NCBI GenBank assembly: GCA_002269645.1
Contig: NIVC01001585.1
Span: forward strand, 1-64,000
Reading direction: 5' to 3'
Source: Macrostomum lignano
Taxonomy: Eukaryota
DNA length: 64,000 nt
Positions 22,601 to 34,075 of the stretch are shown one piece after another. Each line of letters begins with the position of its first letter. Positions within the stretch are counted from its first letter, which is position 1. The translations under genes were made by a program, and so were the position numbers. A model generated the notes under the pieces. The model was given only the letters and a program-made list of their open reading frames with translations. It was not told the DNA's origin and searched no databases.

Positions 22601-23835
22601 TCAATCAGCTTTGATGTTCCTTTCAATCAGCTTTGACGTCCCTTTCAATCAGCTTTGATGTCCCTTTCAATCAGCTTTGATGTCCCTTTCAATCAGCTTT
22701 GACGTCCCTTTCAATAAGCTTTGGCGTCCCTCTGAATCAGCTTTGACGTCCCTTTCAATCAGCTTTGACGTCCCTTTCAATCAGCTTTGGCGTCCCTCTG
22801 AATCAGCTTTGACGTCCCTTTCAATCAGCTTTGACGTCCCTTTCAATCAGCTTTGACGTCCCTTTCAATCAGCTTTGACGTCCCTTTCAATCAGCTTTGA
22901 TGTCCCTTTCAATCAGCTTTGATGTTCCTTTCAATCAGCTTTGACATCCCTTTCAATCAGCTTTGATGTCCCTTTCAATCAGCTTTGATGTTCCTTTCAA
23001 TCAGCTTTGACGTCCCTTTCAATCAGCTTTGACGTCCCTTTCAATCAGCTTTGACGTCCCTTTCAATAAGCTTTGGCGTCCCTCTGAATCAGCTTTGATG
23101 TCCCTTTCAATCAGCTTTGACGTCCCTTTCAATCAGCTTTGGCGTCCCTCTGAATCAGCTTTGACGTCCCTTTCAATCAGCTTTGACGTCCCTTTCAATC
23201 AGCTTTGGCGTCCCTCTGAATCAGCTTTGACGTCCCTTTCAATCAGCTTTGACGTCCCTTTCAATCAGCTTTGACGTCCCTTTCAATCAGCTTTGACGTC
23301 CCTTTCAATCAGCTTTGACGTCCCTTTCAATCAGCTTTGATGTCCCTTTCAATCAGCTTTGATGTTCCTTTCAATCAGCTTTGACGTCCCTTTCAATCAG
23401 CTTTGATGTCCCTTTCAATCAGCTTTGATGTTCCTTTCAATCAGCTTTGACGTCCCTTTCAATCAGCTTTGACGTCCCTTTCAATCAGCTTTGACGTCCC
23501 TTTCAATAAGCTTTGGCGTCCCTCTGAATCAGCTTTGACGTCCCTTTCAATCAGCTTTGACGTCCCTTTCAATCAGCTTTGGCGTCCCTCTGAATCAGCT
23601 TTGACGTCCCTTTCAATCAGCTTTGACGTCCCTTTCAATCAGCTTTGGCGTCCCTCTGAATCAGCTTTGACGTCCCTTTCAATCAGCTTTGACGTCCCTT
23701 TCAATCAGCTTTGACGTCCCTTTCAATCAGCTTTGACGTCCCTTTCAATCAGCTTTGACGTCCCTTTCAATCAGCTTTGATGTTCCTTTCAATCAGCTTT
23801 GACGTCTCTTTCAATCAGCTTTGACGTCCCTTTCG
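19625..23835 (+). repeat. 22-nt satellite (CAGCTTTGACGTCCCTTTCAAT / CAGCTTTGGCGTCCCTCTGAAT), about 4.2 kb
   Basis: Read directly; roughly 190 units by length. Confidence 0.97.
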
Positions 23836-24369
23836 ATCCTTTTTAACAGTTGCTTCAAATGTTTAATAATGAGGCAACACTAAACTCGTTTAGCTGAATG
23901 CTGAATAAAGAAAACTGTTTGTTTTACTGGCCAAAATTAGCCAAAATCATGACACTATTCATTGCCAAAATTTGAACTGGCGATCGTGATCGTGACAAAC
24001 TGCTGTCTTAAGGCATCAATCAGCACAAAATGTCTGGGGCTTATTTGTGTACTTATTATATTTTAGCTTCCGAAGTATTGTACGACTAATTCGGGATTAT
24101 GGCCCGTTCGATTTTTCGGTTAGCCTTGCCTTGTAAAATAAGACTTTATAGTGCAGCTCTTTTGAAACCCACGGCCTGGTTAAACACAATTCTCAATCGC
24201 ACAGGTGCGAAATTAGGCGAGAGGTCATGATTAAAGTGCATTAGAAAGTTGAGAGCCAGTCTTACGAGCTGTGACTCAATTAAGTTACATGTTAGGCCAT
24301 GTCAAGGATAAATCCTGCACATCAACTGGGATCCGTTCCAGCACGCTAAGTCGGCGGAGTCGGCGGAAT

Positions 24370-24460
24370 GGGCAGTAATACCTGTCGCCGGTTGTGTGAC
24401 AATGTCGCTTTAAAGTGCACCAATGTGCACTCAGCTCCCCGTGTCTCAAATAAAATTAAC
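24370..24460 (+). mobile_element. SINE family 2, 3' fragment
   Basis: CGCCGGTTGTGTGACAATGTCGCTTTAAAGTGC...CAGCTCCC matches the reverse complement of 47360-47415. Confidence 0.6.
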
Positions 24461-26869
24461 TTTAGCCACTGCCTCTATTTAGCAACCATTTCTATAAACT
24501 CAACGAGTTTCTGCTCCATCTATTCTAGAACTTCGTGCACAGGACGTTCCCGTAGGGCTCCCTGTCGACACTTACATTCTAACCGACTATTACCTTTACA
24601 TTATACCGACGCTTAGATGAGTATGACGTCATTATCCGTCCATGCAATATAATAATGCCTATCTGGCAGCGAAGTGTATCAACGTTGGGTACTACGGATG
24701 CGTTGGTAAGACGTCAGAATGTTGTACAGGTTTGAACTTTCAAGTAAAATTCACCAATAATGATCAGAGTTCATGCGCACGGAGCGCTATTAGTATTACT
24801 AATCGCTATTGACATTTAAAGAATCAGGGTTTTGGTCGGTAATCTGAGCTGTCTTCTATAGCACAGCTTCTTAAAAAAGCAACCAAAGTCAATTTGCCTG
24901 AATTTGCTATTCCTACGCAATAACTGATAGTCTTAAAGTCTTTTAGGTCGCTTAGAATCCTTTTTGCGGCTTTATGAGCCGACTGAATTCCGAATTTAGA
25001 ATCAAAGCAAAGAGACTCGCGTGACGTATTCTAATTTGAATTCTAACTATCAATTTATTTGTCTAAACGCTCTGTTAATATCAGATCAAAGAGATTCATC
25101 AGCATACCATTATATTTCTTGGTCTTCATGAAGAGAGCTCTGTGAGTGAAATTATTTTCAAAGACGTACGTGTAAGCCATTACTTCAAAGCATCGCTTAC
25201 TACCCAATTACAACGTTATACGTTGAAAAGAGGATGGACTGATGGACAAAAAGGAGAGGAGAAGGGAAGGAGAGAGAGAGAGAGAGTAGGAGAGAGGGTG
25301 GTTGCGGCTCAGCGGTAAACCGCGTCTTGGTTCGATTCTGAGCACACAATCATTTGAGGCCTGTGTAAGAAAATTCATGGCCAGCGGATTGTCGTGCGGT
25401 TCATAAACGTGCGGTTCATATTGTAGGAGAAGAGATTGAAGTAGAGAGGGAAAGAGGTGATGAGAATTAAGGAATGACCGCTAAAGGTTGATATCAGCTT
25501 CGGATTGGGAAAAAGTCGTCTTAGATAAATAACACTTATCTAAGTAACACTTACCACCAGTCTAGTGGTCCTTGTACCAATTATATATATACGCATTACA
25601 ATAGTACTCGTAGATCCGTCAGTAATCCTCGCTAATCCCCTTGCTTTTGAGCACACATCGTCCATCAGGTTTTGGCTAGTGACTAACCGGTAGCGTACGA
25701 TACCCCATACGCAATACTATTATTATTGGCATTATTATGCCAGAATCACAGAAGAAGAACTCTAGCTGTCTCTGATCTTCATCAAAGAGGAATAATTTGG
25801 CAAGCGAGGCGAATCACGCCCACCCAGAGTTGGTCAGCTGAACGGGGAGGCACCGCGGAGGAGAGGGGATGTTGCAGTCCATGCACCCCAGAGATTGGGT
25901 TTTTTGCGCGCGAACTCCCCTAGCTGCAGTTTAGATGTCTGAGACCGGTCCCATCTTTGAAGAAGCTTCATCTATGTGCGAGAGTGGAACTGAACTCTTT
26001 TTCACACTTCGCACTATCGCAATTTTGCCCACTTTTTTTCTACAAAAATTCAGATCAAAAGCATAAATAAAGTGCAAGGATTATGGTAGTAATGTAATGG
26101 ACTATATTGTTAATACTAAAATGGAAATCCTATAGGACTAATACCTTTGCCTCTATCGCTGCTGGCTTTATCTAGAGGCTTACCCAGCCTCTACGATAAC
26201 AGTTTCCCTTCCTGCAGCTATGGTGAGGTCTGGCACGGCCTAAAAAATTCCCCGCTATATCTGTCAGAATGCGGCCAAGCTAGCTGTCAGACTCAGGAGA
26301 GCTTGGTGTGACGGCGGCAGCATAATCTTATTGCCTGATTCCTGACGGCAACAGTGCAGTGTGTGTATGTGTGTGTGTTTCAAGACTGGAGTGACTCGCA
26401 CGAACAGGTAGTTCGTATTCACCTGACACCAGAAAAGGTTAGGCGTACTTTGAAAACGACGTTAAAAAGCGCTAACTACAAAAGTTTACGACCTCTCGGG
26501 GTCGGTCCGCGGGTGCCGCTGTTTTGCATTGTAAAATGAGGAACTAGTAGGTGAGGTGAGGAGAGAGAGACGTGAGGAGCCGGCAGTCGGAAAACGGATT
26601 GCGTATAATTCCATTTTTTACATTTTTAATATGGGCTTCTATAGGGACTATTGTTGCATTTTAATTTTGACTTATTCCTGATGCAGGATGACTTCCCATT
26701 GTTTGAGCAAAAATGCAACTGTCGATTGTACCAATCTCTTCTCAGATGCAGTACAAGCTCGTAGCATTGTAATATTCAGAGTAAGTGTAGAGAAAAATTG
26801 ATTGCACGGAAGTCTCTAGTGATACGAGCCGTATTAAATGAGTCGTGTTTTAGAGGCGAGGGGCTGTGT

Positions 26870-27040
26870 GCACCCTGGCGCACTTTAAGCGACATTGTCA
26901 CAACCCGGCGAGAGGCATTACTGCCGGCTCCCCTGAGCAGGCATACAAGCGCGCGGATACGTACGCAGTCATACGAAAAGACACACACTCACACAGGAGT
27001 GTGCAGCGGCCCTAACTTTATTTATCATTAGGCATGTACT
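26870..27040 (-). mobile_element. SINE family 2, body/3' fragment
   Basis: Matches 47360-47500 and 6435-6515. Confidence 0.7.
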
Positions 27041-27355
27041 CAATACCAGAAAGTGTACTCAACAAAAGTGTTTTTACGAGCATTTTTTATATCGAAATCG
27101 TTGGCCAGGTGAAAGACACGGATCGAAAGACACTGCTCACTGTAGCAAAGGGTGGCAACTTTTCAATCTTGTTGAGTATAAATTGCAAACGATGTGTAGT
27201 TCGATCTAGCTGCATTATCCTATGGCCGTAAAGGTCGTAAATAACTAGCGTTTGTTCAGCAGCTATAGATAACTTTGAGCGAATGTAATTTGTGGGTGAG
27301 AGAGCCAGGAGTAAAAGAAAAAATGAAATATTGCTTTTGGCAGTTCTAAATGCGA

Positions 27356-27530
27356 CCATAGACAATCAAAGTGGGAATCTGCTACATACCATGTGCTCGT
27401 CTCTGTGGCCTGCCTGAATGACCTTGAAATCCGTGGGGCCATAGACAATCAAAGTTGGAATCTGCTACATACCATGTGCTCGTCTCTGTGGCCTGCCTGA
27501 ATGGCCTTGAAATCCGTGGGGCCATAGACC
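27356..27530 (+). repeat. 83-bp tandem duplication beginning CCATAGAC
   Basis: Unit starts at 27356, 27439 and 27522. Confidence 0.85.
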
Positions 27531-28589
27531 AATTTATCGGTCTTGATCTAAACAAAACTGTTTCTTGAAGAAACTACATTTCTTTTCAGTCATAACTTCT
27601 TTACGCCCCCCCCCCAGTTCGACAAACAGCAACCAGCAACTCAATGATAGAGGATCGGCAACCGCTCCAGCTGATGTCCGGTTAGAAGAGATTAAGATGC
27701 AATTGAAGAACGTCCAGACTAATGTGTTTCAAAGCAGAAGCCAGTCCTGAGCTGAGACTGACAGGTACCACCAAGACAGGTTGCTACGGCCTAGAAACTC
27801 TTCAAATGAATTATAAAATCCATTTGATGATTTGACCATATCGTGGACCTGGTCCAGGCACTGCCAGCTTTTCCGTGCCTACACCGTGCCATCCACTAGC
27901 CCTCGGTCTGCCTTATCAGTCCGGCTTGCAAGCTGGATCCTCACAACCTGGAAATTTTGCTCTCTGTCTGCCCAGCCGTTTAAATCCGGCGGAGGCTTTG
28001 TTTACTTTTTAAAGTTGGCTACAGTGAGTAAACTGCTTAAATAAAGGTTAATTTATGCCGAGTGAAGAAGTAGCTCAAAAGTGGCTTCGTTAAGAAGTAG
28101 CTTAGTTAGCTTAATCGCTTAGTCTCTGGTAAGCAGTCCAGCTGTCCTTATAATAAGGCCTGCAGACAGGCGGTCTAATTCTGCTGATTGACGTGGCACG
28201 ACAGCTTGAATTACAACGTACACCCCTGAGCAATCTTTGCGTCAGTTTATGTATCACGAAAGTTCTCTAAACAGACTGTGAGCCTGCATAAATAAAAAAA
28301 GCTATAGTTTGCTGGGCTCAATTTTGCTGTCATTCATTCGTGTCTTCTGTCTTTTGTTTCGAACAGCCAGGTAAAGAAATACGAACTAATTGCTGACAGA
28401 AAATTTAGACTCATCAATTTTTTCAGCGCAACAAATTTGAAGCCGCAGTCCACTAACAAAGTACATCTAAGTAGTAAAATTTTGTGCCAGTGATAACGGC
28501 AGGGTTGAGTTGTCGTTTATTGTAAATCCCCATTGCAGGGGTGCAGCTGTCCATAGTCTATAGTTTTTTATTTCATTTATTTGCAAGAT

Positions 28590-28875
28590 CGTTGCAGCCT
28601 AGTGGTTAGAGCGTCAGACTCGATCGCGACTTGAAGGTCGGTGGGTTCGATTCCCGACCCACTCGGAACAGTTTGTGTCCTTGAGCAAGACACTTAACTC
28701 TGCATTGCTTCAGCTCACCCAGCTGTAAAATGGGTGCCAGCATTAGCTGGGGTAGTTGAAGGTGTGTTTGGCGACCCCCCCCCCCAGTCCTTTTACTGAA
28801 CAGCCGTACGGTCGTCGGTTGTCGGTTGCACATCTGGCCCAATTGGGGCAGGTGTAATTAATTATTATTGTTATT
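28590..28875 (+). mobile_element. tRNA-derived SINE family 1, full length
   Basis: A box TAGTGGTTAGAGC, B box GGTTCGATTCC, shared body, (ATT)n tail. Confidence 0.85.
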
Positions 28876-29639
28876 GCACTCGGACTGAAGTTAGAATGGC
28901 GTCCACGAGCACCTTCAGTCCACGGGTCCTGTTTGCCAGATTTTGAAACTGGCAGAGATTTCTTTAGCCCGAAGCTGCGCCTTCGCGTCCCCCAGCGAAA
29001 TAATGCTCGTCGTTACATGTACATTTCGTCCTCACATCCAGAATCCAACTTAGTCCACTCGTACATGTTTTTCGCGACCATCACTGCAGGTCCGTCGTCT
29101 GAACTTAAAGTTTGTTTCTTCGCCTCGTGCCACTCATTCAACGTGGCTATAATTCACTCGCGTTTCTTCAAGGTGTTTGACGAACGGGTTCCATGGATGA
29201 GCGCGTTACCTTTGTCCTTGCTTAGATTTTTAAAAAATATTACGGCAGCCATTGAATTACTTTGCAGAAAATCTAGACTTGATAGCAGATTGACTTCTGA
29301 AACTTATTGATCTACGTTAACTCCTCTAAACTGCCTCAAACGATGGCCATAAACAAAGGAACATTTAAACAAAGCAAGTTGAATGTGCTAGGATTTCTGG
29401 CTCCTGATGCAATGAAGTTGGACCATAGACATCAAAACCGTTTTTTTGGTATAGTACGGCTTGTACAATTTAGCCTACGCATGTCCAAACGCTCAGCATC
29501 GCGCCATCAGCATCTGCGATTGTCGATAGCCAACCAATCTTATATGCAATCCAATTGCTTCCCATAGACTCAATGGTTAGGCTGGGTGCCACTGAGCGGC
29601 CTATCGAGTGTATATAAGATCTATGGACAGAACCCTCAG

Positions 29640-29950
29640 TGAGATGTGCATAGTCTTAACTGTCCATGGATTCTTCCAGAAACGAAATTCTCGTTGCTAA
29701 CCGGTTGCCCTCCCACCTGTCTTTTCTGTCGCATAGGAGAGGAGACCGCGGAGCATTACGTCACCTTCTGCCCTCACTTCAATAAGGCGCGGCATAAACA
29801 CACCTCGGCCACCCCCAGTTGATGGACGAACTGACCATACCGGACAACATTCGTGACCTTCGCGCCTTTGTCCGAGATACCGGCCGGATGAGGGTCGCCG
29901 ATACTGGTGGGGGCTACGTGCACTCCAGGGTTAAACCTTGGTTTCTTTTA
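29640..29950 (+). mobile_element. 3' fragment of a non-LTR retrotransposon (C-terminal CCHC knuckle; I/Ingi/Jockey-group-like)
   Basis: Translation from 29712 gives [28 protein letters not shown]; after a frameshift, [11 protein letters not shown]. Confidence 0.6.
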
Positions 29951-30711
29951 CGTTGGTGAAAGATTATTGTTTTTACAATAGACATTCTCAGCCAGCCGAG
30001 AATTAACCAGCTGAAAGCATCAAACCAAGTGAGGTTTTTGCCATAGAAATTTTCATGGGGGCCGTTTTGCACGATGTATGAATGATATAACTGGATCGCC
30101 AGAAGCTCGATTTTTTGGTCCTAGCCATAGACAAGCACCAATGAAACAAAAAATCGAGCTTTTGGCAATCCAGTTATATCATTCATCCATGTTTTGGTGC
30201 AGTAGTCTATGGTTTAATTGTTTATTTCATTTATCCGCACCGGTGCAAATTAATGATTTATTTGCACTGGAACTGAGAACGAATATTTCAGTAGCGATGG
30301 ATGAATGAATCAATGACTATAAGAATGAATCTTAGTCAGACACTCCAGCCGTCTCCCTTCTTCTTCACTTACCGGTACAGTTACGCTTCAGACCACAGAA
30401 AAATGATGGATACATGGTATAAATGTATAATAGCACTGGTATAAATGGGGAATATATACCATATACGAGTATTTCCCAGACTAATAAACTGAGCGAAACT
30501 GGTAATTTGCACAATGCAAAAGCGGGCAAAGAAATGGCTGTTTCTCCAAGTTTCTCTGATTATTCTCCAATTCCCAGTTGTGTCGCAGCGGGGGCGATCC
30601 CTTATTGCAGTGCCAATTTCCAAATTTGGTTCCACGCGCCAGTGATCACACAAGAATTCCGTCCCGCTTCTGATCGCTTTCTCATCTTTGCCCGCCCTTC
30701 CTGCCACTCCA

Positions 30712-32700
30712 TCTCTCTCCTATCTCTCCGTGAGTCCCTCCGATCTCTCCCTGAGTCTCTCCTATCTCTCCCTGAGTCGCTCCGATCTCTCCCTGAGTCG
30801 CTCCGATCTCTCCCTGAGTCTCTCCTATCTCTCCCTGAGTCTCTCCTATCTCTCCCTGAGTCGCTCCGATCTCTCCCTGAGTCTCTCCTATCTCTCCCTG
30901 AGTCTCTCCTATCTCTCCGTGAGTTCCTCCGATCTCTCCGTGAGTCCCTCCGATCTCTCCCTGAGTCTCTCCTATCTCTCCCTGAGTCTCTCCTATCTCT
31001 CCCTGAGTCTCTCCTATCTCTCCATGAGTGTCTCCTATCTCTCCATGAGTCTCTCCTATCTCTCCATGAGTCTCTCCTATCTCTCCCTGAGTCTCTCCTA
31101 TCTCTCCCTGAGTCGCTCCGATCTCTCCCTGAGTCTCTCCTATCTCTCCCTGAGTCTCTCCTATCTCTCCCTGAGTCTCTCCTATCTCTCCCTGAGTCTC
31201 TCCTATCTCTCCGTGAGTTCCTCCGATCTCTCCGTGAGTCCCTCCGATCTCTCCCTGAGTCTCTCCTATCTCTCCATGAGTGTCTCCTATCTCTCCATGA
31301 GTCTCTCCTATCTCTCCATGAGTCTCTCCTATCTCTCCATGAGTCTCTCCTATCTCTCCATGAGTCTCTCCTATCTCTCCCTGAGTCTCTCCTATCTCTC
31401 CCTAAGTCTCTCCTATCTCTCCCTGAGTCTCTCCTATCTCTCCATGAGTCTCTCCTATCTCTCCCCGAGTCCCTCCTATCTCTCTCTGAGTCTGTCCTAT
31501 CTCTCCCTGAGTCTCTCCTATCTCTCCCCGAGTCTCTCCTATCTCTCCATGAGTCTCTTCTATCTCTCCCTGAGTCCCTCCGATCTCTCCCTGCGTCTCT
31601 TCTATCTCTCCCTGAGTCTCTCCTATCTCTCCATGAGTCTCTCCTATCTCTCCCTGAGTCTCTTCTATCTCTCCCTGAGTCTCTCCTATCTCTCCCCGAG
31701 TCTCTCCTATCTCTCCCCGAGTCTCTCCTATCTCTCCCTGAGTCTCTCCTATCTCTCCCTGAGTCGCTCCGATCTCTCCCTTAGTCTCTCCTATCTCTCC
31801 CTGAGTCTCTCCTATCTCTCCCTGAGTCTCTCCTATCTCTCCCTGAGTCTCTCCTATCTCTCCGTGAGTTCCTCCGATCTCTCCGTGAGTCCCTCCGATC
31901 TCTCCCTGAGTCTCTCCTATCTCTCCATGAGTGTCTCCTATCTCTCCATGAGTCTCTCCTATCTCTCCATGAGTCTCTCCTATCTCTCCATGAGTCTCTC
32001 CTATCTCTCCATGAGTCTCTCCTATCTCTCCCTGAGTCTCTCCTATCTCTCCCTAAGTCTCTCCTATCTCTCCCTGAGTCTCTCCTATCTCTCCATGAGT
32101 CTCTCCTATCTCTCCCCGAGTCTCTCCTATCTCTCCCTGAGTCCCTCCTATCTCTCTCTGAGTCTCTCCTATCTCTCCCTGAGTCTCTCCTATCTCTCCC
32201 CGAGTCTCTCCTATCTCTCCCTGAGTCCCTCCGATCTCTCCCTGAGTCTCTTCTATCTCTCCCTGAGTCTCTCCTATCTCTCCATGAGTCTCTCCTATCT
32301 CTCCCTGAGTTTCTCCTATCTCTCCCTGAGTCTCTCCTATCTCTCCCCGAGTCTCTCCTATCTCTCCATGAGTCTCTCCTATCTCTCCCTGAGTCCCTCC
32401 GATCTCTCCCTGAGTCCCTCCGATCTCTCCCCGAGTCTCTCCTATCTCTCCATGAGTCTCTCCTATCTCTCCCTGAGTCCCTCCGATCTCTCCCCGAGTC
32501 TCTCCTATCTCTCCCCGAGTCTCTCCTATCTCTCCATGAGTCTCTCCTATCTCTCCCTGAGTCCCTCCGATCTCTCCCTGAGTCCCTCCGATCTCTCCCC
32601 GAGTCTCTCCTATCTCTCCATGAGTCTCTCCTATCTCTCCCTGAGTCCCTCCGATCTCTCCCTGAGTCCCTCCTATCTCTCCCTGCGTCGCTCCTATCTC
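30712..32700 (+). repeat. 21-nt pyrimidine-rich minisatellite (TCTCTCCTATCTCTCCCTGAG)n
   Basis: Read directly from the sequence. Confidence 0.95.
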
Positions 32701-33194
32701 AGAATCTCACCTCATGTGAGATTCATTCAAGCTCTAGATATCGTACATTCGACCATAAATTCTCTGAATTGAAGCGGATATTCCTAGGGCTAGAAAAATT
32801 CTACGCGACCAGTGAATTAATGTTTTACATGTTCGAGTACATCTGCATCAGTCTTAGAACACTAGGAGCTCCCTGTCTGCTGGTCGCCTCTAACCATGTT
32901 AATTAATCTAATTTGATTGCTCTTCAAAGGAGGAAAGAACCGGAAAGCAGCTCTTTATATAGTTTCATTTGTACCAGCTGTGCTTCCTCTTATGCTATCT
33001 TCAAAAGCCCAACCGACTAGATAGGTGAAATTTTTTAACACATTTCAATGCGTACTGACGACGAATGTTAATGTATATTTTGCTGAGTGCATAAGCCACA
33101 ACAAAAATTTACGAAAATAGCTGCTAGGCTATCGCGAACAGAAAGTGCGATCGATACTGCGATTAGATAAACATAAAGACTAGATTTAGTTAAC

Positions 33195-33975
33195 CCTAGT
33201 TATCACCGGACTGCACGCTGCCACCCCCTCCCCTCTCCAGTTATCATCGGACTGCACGCCGCCACCCCCTCCCCTCCCCAGTTATCATCAGACTGCACGC
33301 CGCCAACCACTCCCCTCTCCAGTTATCATCGGACTGCACGCCGCCACCCCCTCCCCTCCCCAGTTATCATCGGACTGCACGCCGCCACCCCTCCCCTCTC
33401 CAGTTATCATCGGACTGCACATTGCCACCCCCTCCCCTCCCCAGTTATCATCGGACTGCATACCGCCACCCCTCCCCTGCCCAGTTATCATCGGACTGCA
33501 CGCCGCCACCCCCTCCCCTCCCCAGTTATCATCGGACTGCACGCCGCCACCCCTCCCCTCCCCAGTTATCATCGGACTGCACGCCGCCACCCCTCCCCTG
33601 CCCAGTTATCATCGGACTGCACGCCGCCACCCCCTCCCCTCCCCAGTTATCATCGGACTGCATACCGCCACCCCCTCCCCTGCCCAGTTATCATCGGACT
33701 GCACGCCGCCACCCCCTCCCCTCCCCAGTTATCATCGGACTGCACGCCGCCACCCCTCCCCTCCCCAGTTATCATCGGACTGCACGCCGCCACCCCCTCC
33801 CTGCCCAGTTATCATCGGACTGCACGCCGCCACCCCCTCCCCTCCCCAGTTATCATCGGACTGCACGCCGCCAACCACTCCCCTCCCCAGTTATCATCGG
33901 ACTGCACGCCGCCACCCCCCCCTCCCCAGTTATCATCGGACTGCACACCGCCACTCCCTCCCCTCCCCGGTTATC
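33195..33975 (+). repeat. ~41-nt minisatellite (CAGTTATCATCGGACTGCACGCCGCCACCCCCTCCCCTCCC)n
   Basis: Read directly; lies just 3' of the GPCR stop codon. Confidence 0.95.
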
Positions 33976-34075
33976 ATCGGGCTTTAAAAAATCACTTAGC
34001 AAGGAACAATACGAGCTACACATAGAAAGCAAAAAAACAATTAGTTAATGTTGGACACGTAAGCCAAAGTCTTAG

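Noticed and set aside
19625-23835. CRISPR-like regular repeats (also 46035-47030 and 51790-53390)
   Set aside because: Head-to-tail units with no unique spacers, no cas genes, and a eukaryotic context.
25298-25345. tRNA-like A/B boxes (GCGGCTCAGCGGTA...GGTTCGATTCT)
   Set aside because: Too short for a cloverleaf and has no SINE body; at most a decayed head.
30423-32772. 453-aa and 694-aa ORFs resembling leucine-rich repeats or zippers (LLSLPES)n
   Set aside because: They arise from a 21-nt pyrimidine-rich minisatellite that is open in several frames; no unique domain flanks them.
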